The notes beneath the pieces were generated by a model that searched no databases, was not told the DNA's origin, and worked only from the letters and a program-made list of their open reading frames with translations. The position numbers were made by a program, and so were the translations under genes. DNA of 64,000 nucleotides from Candidatus Rokuibacteriota bacterium (lineage in GTDB: Bacteria > Methylomirabilota > Methylomirabilia > Rokubacteriales > CSP1-6), in assembly GCA_003220265.1 (NCBI GenBank), contig QHRW01000115.1, positions 83,395-147,394 of the forward strand, given 5' to 3'. This document shows, piece by piece, positions 57,061-64,000 of this stretch (position 1 is its first letter; every line of letters begins with the position of its first letter).

Positions 57061-57476
57061 GCCGGCGCCGCCGAGCCCGTCTGGATGACCGTGAAGGTCT
57101 TGCTCGACACGAACCGGTCGTCGGCGTAGAGCCGGAACTCGTAACGGCCCGGGCGCTCGAGGCCCAGGTTCTCCAGGTTGAAGATCAGCTCGCCCGGTGA
57201 CATGCGATCGGCAAACGTGGCCTTGAGCGCGCCCTGCGCCACCATGTGGCTGTCCTCGAGCCGCACCAGCTCGAGGCGGATCGTGTAGTCGCCCTCGGCG
57301 TCGGTGAGCTTGGCGTAGACGGAGAGCGCACGATGGACGACCGGGAAGCGCGCCGCGCTGATGTTCTCGAACACCCCGATGAGGCTGATCTTGCCGGTGC
57401 CGTGCTCGCGGATCGTGAGATCGCAGAGCAGCATCGCGTTCAGGCTCGGGTGGGCGCGGGCGGCGGAGGACGGCAC
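57057..57476 (-). CDS. hypothetical protein (first gene of minus-strand glycolipid operon)
   Basis: 139-aa ORF, ATGA-coupled to the methyltransferase. No motif recognised. An internal Met at 57434 is an alternative start. Confidence 0.6.
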   Translation of the reverse strand: MPSSAARAHPSLNAMLLCDLTIREHGTGKISLIGVFENISAARFPVVHRALSVYAKLTDAEGDYTIRLELVRLEDSHMVAQGALKATFADRMSPGELIFNLENLGLERPGRYEFRLYADDRFVSSKTFTVIQTGSAAPA

Positions 57477-57573
57477 GCCCCATCCTAGCGTCCCCGGCCG
57501 TCGGGGCCAAGTCTCGCGGCGCCGCGGCGCCGGTGGCAGACTGGAGGGAACGCGGCTCTAGGGGAGGGGCATC

Positions 57574-57777
57574 ATGAGGCTGTTCCGACGAACCTCTCGC
57601 AAGGCGGCGGCCGTCGAGGTCATCCCGGAGTTCGGTGTGCGCGTGACCCTGCGCAAGGGGGACAAGATCGTCCGCCGCGACGCTCGCGGCGCCATCCACG
57701 TGACGCGAGTCACGGAGGAGCACGTCGACCTCCGGCACATCCACGCGGCACGCCCGGCCCGACCCGCGCGCGGTTGA
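57574..57777 (+). CDS. small hypothetical protein (67 aa)
   Basis: GGGGAGGGG lies 5 nt before the ATG. No similarity recognised. Confidence 0.35.
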   Translation: MRLFRRTSRKAAAVEVIPEFGVRVTLRKGDKIVRRDARGAIHVTRVTEEHVDLRHIHAARPARPARG

Positions 57778-57812
57778 CGCCGCCCCGGACTGCCGCTAGA
57801 TTGAGCCGTCAC

Positions 57813-57888
57813 GGTCGATTAGCTCAGTTGGCAGAGCACCGGCCTCACATGCCGGGGGTCGCTGGTTCAAGTCCAGCATCGACCACCA
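57813..57888 (+). tRNA. tRNA-Val (anticodon CAC), CCA encoded
   Basis: Cloverleaf read by eye: acceptor GGTCGAT/ATCGACC, D arm GCTC/GAGC, anticodon stem CCGGC/GCCGG with loop CTCACAT, T arm GCTGG-TTCAAGT-CCAGC, discriminator A plus CCA. Confidence 0.92.
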
Positions 57889-57897
57889 TTTGAGAAC

Positions 57898-57930
57898 GCG
57901 GGGTTGTACGACACCCCGCGTTTCGCATTT
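57898..57930 (+). terminator. intrinsic terminator after tRNA-Val
   Basis: GCGGGGT-tgtacgac-ACCCCGC followed by GTTTCGCATTT. Confidence 0.6.
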
Positions 57931-58229
57931 ATCGGCCGGTGCCCAAATAGTGCCTACGGAGGTTGGAACAAGTGGGGTCCGCGGACTTGGTCTACGCCTT
58001 CGCCGACGACAGTGTTACAGACGAGCTGGTGTCTTGCCGCGTGGTGATCCTCAGGGAAGGAGCGCTCCGGCTTGCCTCCCGACGCCGTACTACATTGCCG
58101 CGTTATGTTCGCGAGCGACGCGCGCCGCGGCACCCCATGGGAAATACTCACACCCGACCAGATCCAAGACTCCGTCCGTTTGTTGAGAGCCGATGCAGGC
58201 GCGGACTCCGTCACCGGCTCAGCGGCTCG

Positions 58230-58355
58230 CTATAGCGCCTGCATTGCGTCGCGGAGGTGGCCCGGCGCCAGGCGCTGATAGCGCACACTCATCCTTGGAT
58301 CACGGTGGCCGAGTAGCTCCATGACTGCGCGCTGCCGAAAGGTCGGCGCATCGTG
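58230..58355 (-). pseudogene. tyrosine-recombinase (phage integrase) C-terminal fragment
   Basis: The minus strand reads HDAPTFRQRAVMELLGHRDPRMSVRYQRLAPGHLRDAMQAL*. This matches the LLGH....T.RY.HL tail containing the catalytic Tyr. The upstream part is not integrase-like. Confidence 0.65.
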
Positions 58356-58398
58356 GCTGCCGGCAGGAAAAGGCGGCTGGGGAAGGAGGGGGAATAGC

Positions 58399-58608
58399 AT
58401 GGCCGAGCAGCCGAAGACCTCGGAGTACTACGCGATGGTCGAAGTGGCGAAGGTCCACCTGGTCCGGGCGTTCGCCTCGTTCAAGACCGACAAGAGGATC
58501 CCCTGGGACGAAATGGTTGGCAACGTCCCGAAGGTCAGCGAGCAGGTGTGGGTCGACGCGCTGAAGGAGACGCTGAAGCATCACGAGCACCGGGAGCGGC
58601 AGTTCTGA
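58399..58608 (+). CDS. hypothetical protein (69 aa) inside the island remnant
   Basis: GGAAGGAGGGGG RBS before ATG 58399. No family recognised. Confidence 0.4.
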   Translation: MAEQPKTSEYYAMVEVAKVHLVRAFASFKTDKRIPWDEMVGNVPKVSEQVWVDALKETLKHHEHRERQF

Positions 58609-58626
58609 CTGCGGAGTCGATCAGCG

Positions 58627-58917
58627 TTATCTCGCGCCGCGTTCCTGCTTCAGCATCAAGATGAGCACCGCGAGCATCTTGTCTCGACTGGTCTCGTCTC
58701 GGGCTGCCTCTCGACTGGTCTCGCCTCGTGCCACACCGGACGTGTCAACACGGGACCCCCGGCGAGGCGCCGGCGTCGTTTCGCTCCTGTCGAGCACCTC
58801 CGCTGTCCCGTCCTGGGTCACGTTCGCAGTCGTACGCCTGTAATCGCCGGCAGAAGAGCCCGCGACCAGGGAGAGGGCAACCATCAACGTGAGCACGCGA
58901 AGGCCGTAAACACCCAT
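58627..58917 (-). CDS. possible secreted low-complexity protein
   Basis: An internal Met gives signal-like MGVYGLRVLTLMVALSLVAGSSAG, followed by ETSR-type repeats. Weak support. Confidence 0.3.
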   Translation of the reverse strand: MGVYGLRVLTLMVALSLVAGSSAGDYRRTTANVTQDGTAEVLDRSETTPAPRRGSRVDTSGVARGETSREAARDETSRDKMLAVLILMLKQERGAR

Positions 58918-59159
58918 TGTCCGGAACCTCGGTTGCAGAGCGTTTGCATGAGTCGCGCCACCGGCAAGGCCGGCCGCGTGGGGACCTTCGAACGTGGCGA
59001 CGAGGGCCTGGTCGAGGAGGATGAAGCGAGCATCTTTCGGTGTTACGGGCGCTCGCCCGGTATCACTCGCAGCGCGGTCTAACTCGCCGAAACCTATCAC
59101 TCCTTGCCACGTACGCTCACTCCATGTAACCTACGCCCGGTCGCCTCTGGTGCGTGTCG

Positions 59160-59206
59160 CATGCCGGGGGTCGCTGGCTCGAGTCCAGCATCGGCCACCA
59201 TTTGAA
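59160..59206 (+). repeat. partial tRNA-Val 3' copy (attR-like)
   Basis: CATGCCGGGGGTCGCTGGCTCGAGTCCAGCATCGGCCACCATTTGA compared with tRNA 57848-57894. A degenerate copy of the terminator hairpin follows. Confidence 0.75.
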
Positions 59207-59252
59207 AGTCGACGATGCGGGGCGTTCTCACCCGCGTTTCGGAGCCACCGAG

Positions 59253-60179
59253 ATGAAGATCTGCATTTTCTTTGACGGGCAGAACTTCTATCGCTCGCTG
59301 CAGCGCTTCGACGACAGCCTGCGCGTCGACTACGATCGCCTCGCCGCCTGGATCACGCAGGCCGTGGGCGGGCCCAGCGCGATGTTCGGCGGCGCCTACT
59401 ACTACGTGGGCGTCTCGCCTGACGCCCCGCAGGTGGTCGAGGGCTTCCTCAAGGGGCTCGAGCTGCGGCCCGGCTACTTCGTGCGGCGCGAGCCGCGCGT
59501 GCGCCGCTCGGTGCGCTGCCCGCAGTGCGGCGAGGAGTACGAGTACACGACCGAGAAGCGCGTGGACACGCGCCTGGTGGCCGACCTCATCCATCACGCG
59601 GCCAACGACAACTTCGACGCCGCCGTGCTCGTCTCCGGCGACGACGACTTCGTGCCGGCCGTGGAGGCGGTGAACTCGCTCGGCAAGCAGGTGTGGGTGG
59701 CGACGTGGTCGGCCGACGAGCTGTCGACCGACCTGCGCGTGCGCTGCTTCGGTCACATCCACCTGAGCGACGGCGTCGGCGCCTTCCGCACCGACCGGCT
59801 CCCGCGCGACCGCGACCGCGGCGCGCCGCCGATGCGGGCCGATGGCCGCGCGCCGCGGCCGGTGAGCCGGCTGGTGCCGGGCGCGGGCGCGTCGTCGCGC
59901 GTGTCGAGCGCGACCGCGCTGGAGCGCGCGCTCACCGAGCTGCAGCGGGCGGAGGCGCGGCTGCCGCACGTGAGCCGCGGCTACTTCGTCATGCGCTGGA
60001 AGTCGCACCTGCTGCCGCCGGCCGGCCACGAGCGCGAGCAGCTCGTGCAGCAGATGCTCGACGCGGGCATCGTCGAGGAGTTCGAGGTCACCGACGGCGA
60101 GGGGCGCGTGGTCATCGCGCTCCGCAGCCGCGAGCGTGACGGCAACGTCGCCCTCCCCGGCGAGCGGGCGCCCGCGTGA
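59253..60179 (+). CDS. NYN/LabA-like domain protein with zinc ribbon and C-terminal extension
   Basis: MKICIFFDGQNF, CPQCG, EKRVDTRLVADL and VLVSGDDDFVPAV. The C-terminal ~110 aa are unassigned. Confidence 0.8.
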   Translation: MKICIFFDGQNFYRSLQRFDDSLRVDYDRLAAWITQAVGGPSAMFGGAYYYVGVSPDAPQVVEGFLKGLELRPGYFVRREPRVRRSVRCPQCGEEYEYTTEKRVDTRLVADLIHHAANDNFDAAVLVSGDDDFVPAVEAVNSLGKQVWVATWSADELSTDLRVRCFGHIHLSDGVGAFRTDRLPRDRDRGAPPMRADGRAPRPVSRLVPGAGASSRVSSATALERALTELQRAEARLPHVSRGYFVMRWKSHLLPPAGHEREQLVQQMLDAGIVEEFEVTDGEGRVVIALRSRERDGNVALPGERAPA

Positions 60180-61540
60180 CGCTGGCCCGCCGCCTCGCCG
60201 ACTTCACGGCGGGGCTCGACTTCCCCGCGCTCCCCGCCGACGTGGTGGCCAGCGTGAAGCTGCGCACGCTGGACATCGTGGGCATCGCGCTGGCGGCGAC
60301 CACCGCGGAGACGGCGCCCTCGGTGCTCGGCGCGCTCGAAGGCTGGGGCGCGGCCGGCGACTGCACGGTCTTCGGCGCCAAGCGCTCGGCCGCGGTACCG
60401 CTGGCGATCCTCGCCAACGGCGCGCTCGCCCACAGCCTCGACTTCGACGACACCCACGCGGCCTCCATCACCCACGCCTCCGCGGTCGTGGTGCCGGTGG
60501 CGCTCGCACTGGGCGAGGCGGGCGGCCTCGACGGCCGCGCGGTGATCACGGCCGCCGTGGCCGGGTACGAGTCGATCGCGCGGCTGGGCATGGCTGCCTC
60601 CGGTGTCTTCCATGCGCGCGGCTGGCACGCCACCGCCGTGTGCGGGGCGTTCGCCGCCGCGCTGACCGCCGGGCGCCTCGAGCGCCTCGACGCTGCGCGG
60701 CTCACCGCCGCGCTCGGCATCGCCGGCAGCTTCGCCTCCGGCGTGCTCGAGCACCTGGAGGACGGCTCGTGGGTCAAGCGCGTGCACCCGGGCTGGGCGG
60801 GCCACGCGGGTGCCGTCGCGGCGGCGCTCGCGCGCGGCGGCTTCACGGGGCCGGCGACGATCCTCGACGGGCGCTTCGGCTTCTACCGGACCTTCGTCGG
60901 CGCCGCGCCGGATCCGGCGCCGTTCGAGACGCTCGGGCGCGAGTGGGAGACGCTGGCCATCGGCTACAAGCCCTATCCCTGCTGCCACTACAACCACGCC
61001 TATCTCGACTGCGCGCTCGACCTGCGCCGGGCGCACGCGCTTGGCGCGGACGCGATCGAGAGCGTGGAGTGCCTGGTGCCGGCGGGCCAGGTGCCGATCG
61101 TGTGCGAGCCGCGCGCGGCGAAGGTGCGCCCGCGCACCGCCTACGACGCCCAGTTCAGCCTGCCGTTCTCCGTGGCCGCCGCGCTGCTGGACGGGCGCGT
61201 GGGTCTCGACACGTACGCGGCCGAGCGCCTGCGCGATCCCGCCCGCCTGGCCCTGGCCGACCGCGTCACGCACACGGTGGATCCCGACTCGCTGTTCCCT
61301 CGGGGCTTCCCGGGCTGGGTGCGGTTGCGCCTGAAGGACGGCCGCACGCTCGAGGCGCGCGCGCCCGACGGGCGGGGCAGCCGGGCGCGCCCGCTGCCGG
61401 CCGAGGTCATCGTCGAGAAGTTCCGCGACAATGCGGCGCGCGCCCTGCCGCCGCCGCGCGTGGCCGAGGTCGAGCGCGCGGTGCTCGCGCTGGACACGGT
61501 GGGCGACGTCCGCACGCTCACCGCGCTCTGGCGCGTCTGA
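60176..61540 (+). CDS. MmgE/PrpD-family protein
   Basis: GTGA overlap with the upstream stop. LAHSLDFDDTH, GWHATA and YKPYPCCHY motifs. Confidence 0.85.
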   Translation: MTLARRLADFTAGLDFPALPADVVASVKLRTLDIVGIALAATTAETAPSVLGALEGWGAAGDCTVFGAKRSAAVPLAILANGALAHSLDFDDTHAASITHASAVVVPVALALGEAGGLDGRAVITAAVAGYESIARLGMAASGVFHARGWHATAVCGAFAAALTAGRLERLDAARLTAALGIAGSFASGVLEHLEDGSWVKRVHPGWAGHAGAVAAALARGGFTGPATILDGRFGFYRTFVGAAPDPAPFETLGREWETLAIGYKPYPCCHYNHAYLDCALDLRRAHALGADAIESVECLVPAGQVPIVCEPRAAKVRPRTAYDAQFSLPFSVAAALLDGRVGLDTYAAERLRDPARLALADRVTHTVDPDSLFPRGFPGWVRLRLKDGRTLEARAPDGRGSRARPLPAEVIVEKFRDNAARALPPPRVAEVERAVLALDTVGDVRTLTALWRV

Positions 61541-61590
61541 GCCCGCAGCCTTTCCTCGCTCGCGCGCATGCCGTTCGGTACAATGGGTGC

Positions 61591-62022
61591 ATGCGAATCA
61601 CCATGGCCGTCCTGATCGTCGGGTTGGGATCGCTCGTCGCGCTGCCGGCCGCTGCCCAGCAGGCTCCCGTGCCGCAGGCCCCGCAACCGGGCGTGCAGAT
61701 CCAGTCCAAGCCTCCGGCGGCCCCGGAGCGCGAGGCCCGCGTGGTGCCGCCCCCGCTGCACTACGAGACCACGCGACCGCCTGATACCGACTTCTATCCG
61801 CAAGGCACCAAGGTCGAGCACGACCCCGCGTTCATCGAGCCGTTGGCCTCCCGGTACGAGACCGCGAACGGCTCTGGCTGGGTCGGCCTGTCCGGCTGGA
61901 CGGCACCCAATCCGCCGATCGGCACTGCGGTCAGCGGCTGGCGCGACGTGAGCGGTTGGTTCGCGCTGGGCTTCTCCGTGACGTGGGACGGCCCGCCCGC
62001 TCCGAAGTCGCGCCCGCGTTAA
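61591..62022 (+). CDS. secreted Pro-rich hypothetical protein
   Basis: Signal peptide MRITMAVLIVGLGSLVALPAAAQ. No family recognised. Confidence 0.5.
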   Translation: MRITMAVLIVGLGSLVALPAAAQQAPVPQAPQPGVQIQSKPPAAPEREARVVPPPLHYETTRPPDTDFYPQGTKVEHDPAFIEPLASRYETANGSGWVGLSGWTAPNPPIGTAVSGWRDVSGWFALGFSVTWDGPPAPKSRPR

Positions 62023-62029
62023 GTCCCCC

Positions 62030-62836
62030 ATGACCGCTCCCCGCTGGCCGCACGGGGCACGAGCGGCTTGCGCGTTCACCTTCGACCTCGACGCGGAAAC
62101 GCTCTGGCTGGCCCGCGGTGTCACCGAGGCCGTCACGCTTTCGCAGGGAACGTTCGGGGTCGTGGAGGCGCTGCCGCGCATCCTCGACCTCCTGCGCCAG
62201 GCCGAGATCCCCGCGTCCTTCTTCGTCCCCGCGTGGGTGGCGGAGCACCATCCCGACGCGGTGAAGGCGATCGTGGCCGGCGGCCACGAGGTGGGCTGCC
62301 ACGGCGACGTGCACGAGAAGGTGAGCGATCTCGAGCCCGCTCAGGAGGAGAAGATCCTGCTGCGCAGCCTGGAGGTGCTCACGCGGCAGGCCGGCCGGCG
62401 CCCCGTCGGCTATCGCGCGCCGGCCTGGCAGCTCTCGGCCAGCACGCTGACGCTGCTGGCCCGGCACGAATTCGAGTACTCGTCGAACATGATGGACCGC
62501 CTCCGGCCGTACCTGCACCCGGTGACCTCGGACACTGGGGGGCGCCTCGTGGAGATCCCGGTCGCGTGGGTGCTCGATGACGCGCCGTTCTTCATGTTCA
62601 CCGGGCAGCGCGCGATGCAGCCGCCGGGCCCGGTGCTGCAGGGCTGGCTCACGGAGCTGGACGGCATCACGGAGGTGGGCGGCGTCACCAACTTCACGTT
62701 CCACCCGCAGATCATCGGCCGCCCGTCGCGCTTCGCGTGCCTGCGCGAGCTGGTCGATCACGCGCGGCGCACGCCCAAGCTCTGGCTCGCGCGGCTCGAC
62801 GCCATCGCCGCCCACGCGCGACAGGCGCTGGCCTGA
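62030..62836 (+). CDS. polysaccharide deacetylase-family (CE4-like) protein
   Basis: CAFTFDLDAE, HEVGCHGDVH and GYRAPAW, NodB-like motifs. Confidence 0.8.
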   Translation: MTAPRWPHGARAACAFTFDLDAETLWLARGVTEAVTLSQGTFGVVEALPRILDLLRQAEIPASFFVPAWVAEHHPDAVKAIVAGGHEVGCHGDVHEKVSDLEPAQEEKILLRSLEVLTRQAGRRPVGYRAPAWQLSASTLTLLARHEFEYSSNMMDRLRPYLHPVTSDTGGRLVEIPVAWVLDDAPFFMFTGQRAMQPPGPVLQGWLTELDGITEVGGVTNFTFHPQIIGRPSRFACLRELVDHARRTPKLWLARLDAIAAHARQALA

Positions 62837-63402
62837 TGGCGCTGCTGCGCGGCAATCTCCACGCTCACACGACCTTCTCGGACGGCGTGCGCTCGCCGGC
62901 CGCGCTGGTGGCGGAGTACGAGTCGCGCGCCTACGACTTCCTGGCCATCACCGATCACGACGACCACGACAACTGGGTGGAGCCCGGCTACGCGCAGGCG
63001 CTGGCGCGCCTGAAGCCGCAGCTCCTGCTCTTCCGCGGCGTCGAGCTCAACTTCGACGGCTTCGCGCAGCACGTCGGCAAGGTGACGGGCGACCAGGAGA
63101 CGCTATGGGTGCTGAACCATCCCGCACGCTACAAGCTCAGCGTCGCGCAGACCGTCGAGCGCATCGCGTTCATGCGCAACGCGGGATGGTCGCTCGACGC
63201 CATCGAGGTGACGGACACCGGCCTCTACCGGCCGATCTACGACACCGAGGCCATCCCGCTGGTGAAGATCGCCACCGACGACGCGCACCGGCCGCCGCAC
63301 TTCGGGCGCGCCTGGGTCGAGGTCGAGGCCCCGCGCGATCGCGACAAGATCATCCGCGCGATCCGGGCGGGCGACGTGCGGCTCGGCTTCAGCGAGAGCT
63401 GA
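62836..63402 (+). CDS. PHP-domain-like metal-dependent phosphoesterase
   Basis: GNLHAHTTFSDG and LAITDHD motifs. Confidence 0.7.
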   Translation: MALLRGNLHAHTTFSDGVRSPAALVAEYESRAYDFLAITDHDDHDNWVEPGYAQALARLKPQLLLFRGVELNFDGFAQHVGKVTGDQETLWVLNHPARYKLSVAQTVERIAFMRNAGWSLDAIEVTDTGLYRPIYDTEAIPLVKIATDDAHRPPHFGRAWVEVEAPRDRDKIIRAIRAGDVRLGFSES

Positions 63403-64000
63403 GGTCGGGCGCCCACTGCCAGGCGAGCACCCGCGCGATGGGTCCATCGATCGCCAGCGCCGCCGCGTAGCCTGGGCCGGCGTCGAGGTCGCGCAGCGTC
63501 CAGCGTGCCGGGTCGTCGTCGGCGGCGGCCAGTAGCGTGGGCGCCGCGGGATCGGTGGAGACGGTGAACTCCTCGAACGGCAGGGCCAGTCCCAGCCCGC
63601 GCGCCTTGGCGTAGGCTTCCTTTCGCGTCCATACCGCGAAGAACGCGCGCTCGCGCGCGGGGGGCGCGAGCGCGCGCAGCGCCGTCACCTCGGCCGGCGA
63701 CAGCACGCGGCCGGCCACCACGTCTTCCACCACGCCGCGCATCATGCGCTCGACGTCCACGCCGATGTCGCGGCCGATCGCCACCGCGCAGAGCGCCAGG
63801 CCGGCCGAGCGCGACACGCTGAAGTGCAGGGCGCCGGCCAGCGCGCCGATCAGCGCCGGGCGGCCTTCGGGCGTGCGGCCGAGCGTGACGGCGCCGGGCT
63901 CGACGTCGAGGTAGCGCGCCAGGACCGAGCGGAGCGCCACGCGGCCGAGCGTGAAGCGACGGCGATCGGGCGGGAACACGAAGCTCGCGGCGCGTGCGCG
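63389..64000 (-). CDS. Sfp-type 4'-phosphopantetheinyl transferase, N-terminus beyond window
   Basis: IGVDVERM and WTRKEAYAKA motifs. The ORF continues past nt 64000 (the upstream ...ARAASFVFPPDRRRF is still in frame). Confidence 0.8.
   Translation of the reverse strand, partial: RARAASFVFPPDRRRFTLGRVALRSVLARYLDVEPGAVTLGRTPEGRPALIGALAGALHFSVSRSAGLALCAVAIGRDIGVDVERMMRGVVEDVVAGRVLSPAEVTALRALAPPARERAFFAVWTRKEAYAKARGLGLALPFEEFTVSTDPAAPTLLAAADDDPARWTLRDLDAGPGYAAALAIDGPIARVLAWQWAPDLSSR

Larger units (their letters stand above)
57848..59206. mobile_element. decayed tRNA-Val-integrated element (~1.3 kb remnant) bounded by 47-bp direct repeats
   Basis: The tRNA 3' half plus tail (57848-57894) recurs at 59160-59206 with 3 mismatches. 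An integrase C-terminal fragment lies inside, and GC is visibly lower than in the flanks. Confidence 0.55.

Noticed and set aside
57954-58235. ORFs 57963..58235(+), 57954..58214(-), 57890..58186(+) and 58072..58278(+) just downstream of tRNA-Val.
   Set aside because: They are mutually overlapping, with no RBS and no recognisable similarity. The region is better explained as a non-coding remnant of the decayed island downstream of the integrase fragment.

Overview
Very GC-rich bacterial chromosomal window, almost fully coding and mostly on the + strand. There is no rRNA and no CRISPR array. All family assignments come from motifs read in the ORF translations and from memory, not from searches.

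Layout:
(1) 1-9.6 kb: a peptide-permease/ggt pair, each broken by an internal deletion or frameshift. It is followed by an LLM oxidoreductase plus hydrolase, a DUF3047-like protein, an S4 protein, GT2+PAP2 and DUF169-cysK.
(2) 9.7-23.3 kb: a cobalamin salvage/remodelling locus (cobU-cobT-cbiA-btuFCD, then btuB-cbiZ-tonB-x-OMP-cobQ-cbiB) preceded by two cobalamin riboswitches.
(3) 23.7-36.8 kb: a housekeeping block: argS-SPOR-hpt-ftsH-folP-cdaA-cdaR-glmM-acpS-nnr-tsaE-radC-VOC.
(4) 36.8-37.35 kb: a lower-GC patch with a near-consensus promoter and three tandem DnaA-box-like 9-mers.
(5) 38.4-57.5 kb: an accessory lipid/polyketide-glycolipid supercluster. It holds two KS/CLF-like pairs, one ACP, an LpxL-type acyltransferase, a GT2, a halogenase-like flavoprotein, a MacB-type ABC exporter, ArnE/ArnT-like genes, an HpnJ-like radical SAM enzyme and a WD40 protein. 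A convergent operon encodes DUF-methyltransferase-GT28-CE4 deacetylase.
(6) 57.8-59.2 kb: tRNA-Val followed by a decayed ~1.3-kb integrated remnant.
(7) 59.2-64 kb: NYN protein, PrpD-like protein, CE4, PHP and a partial Sfp-type PPTase.

Most noteworthy:
- The reductase-less double KS/CLF lipid cluster, together with a GT + deacetylase + HpnJ-like trio that has no hopanoid genes nearby.
- A ~155-bp palindromic element inserted in frame inside folP, with a sister copy upstream of argS.
- The tandem DnaA boxes.
- Several structured repeats at operon junctions.
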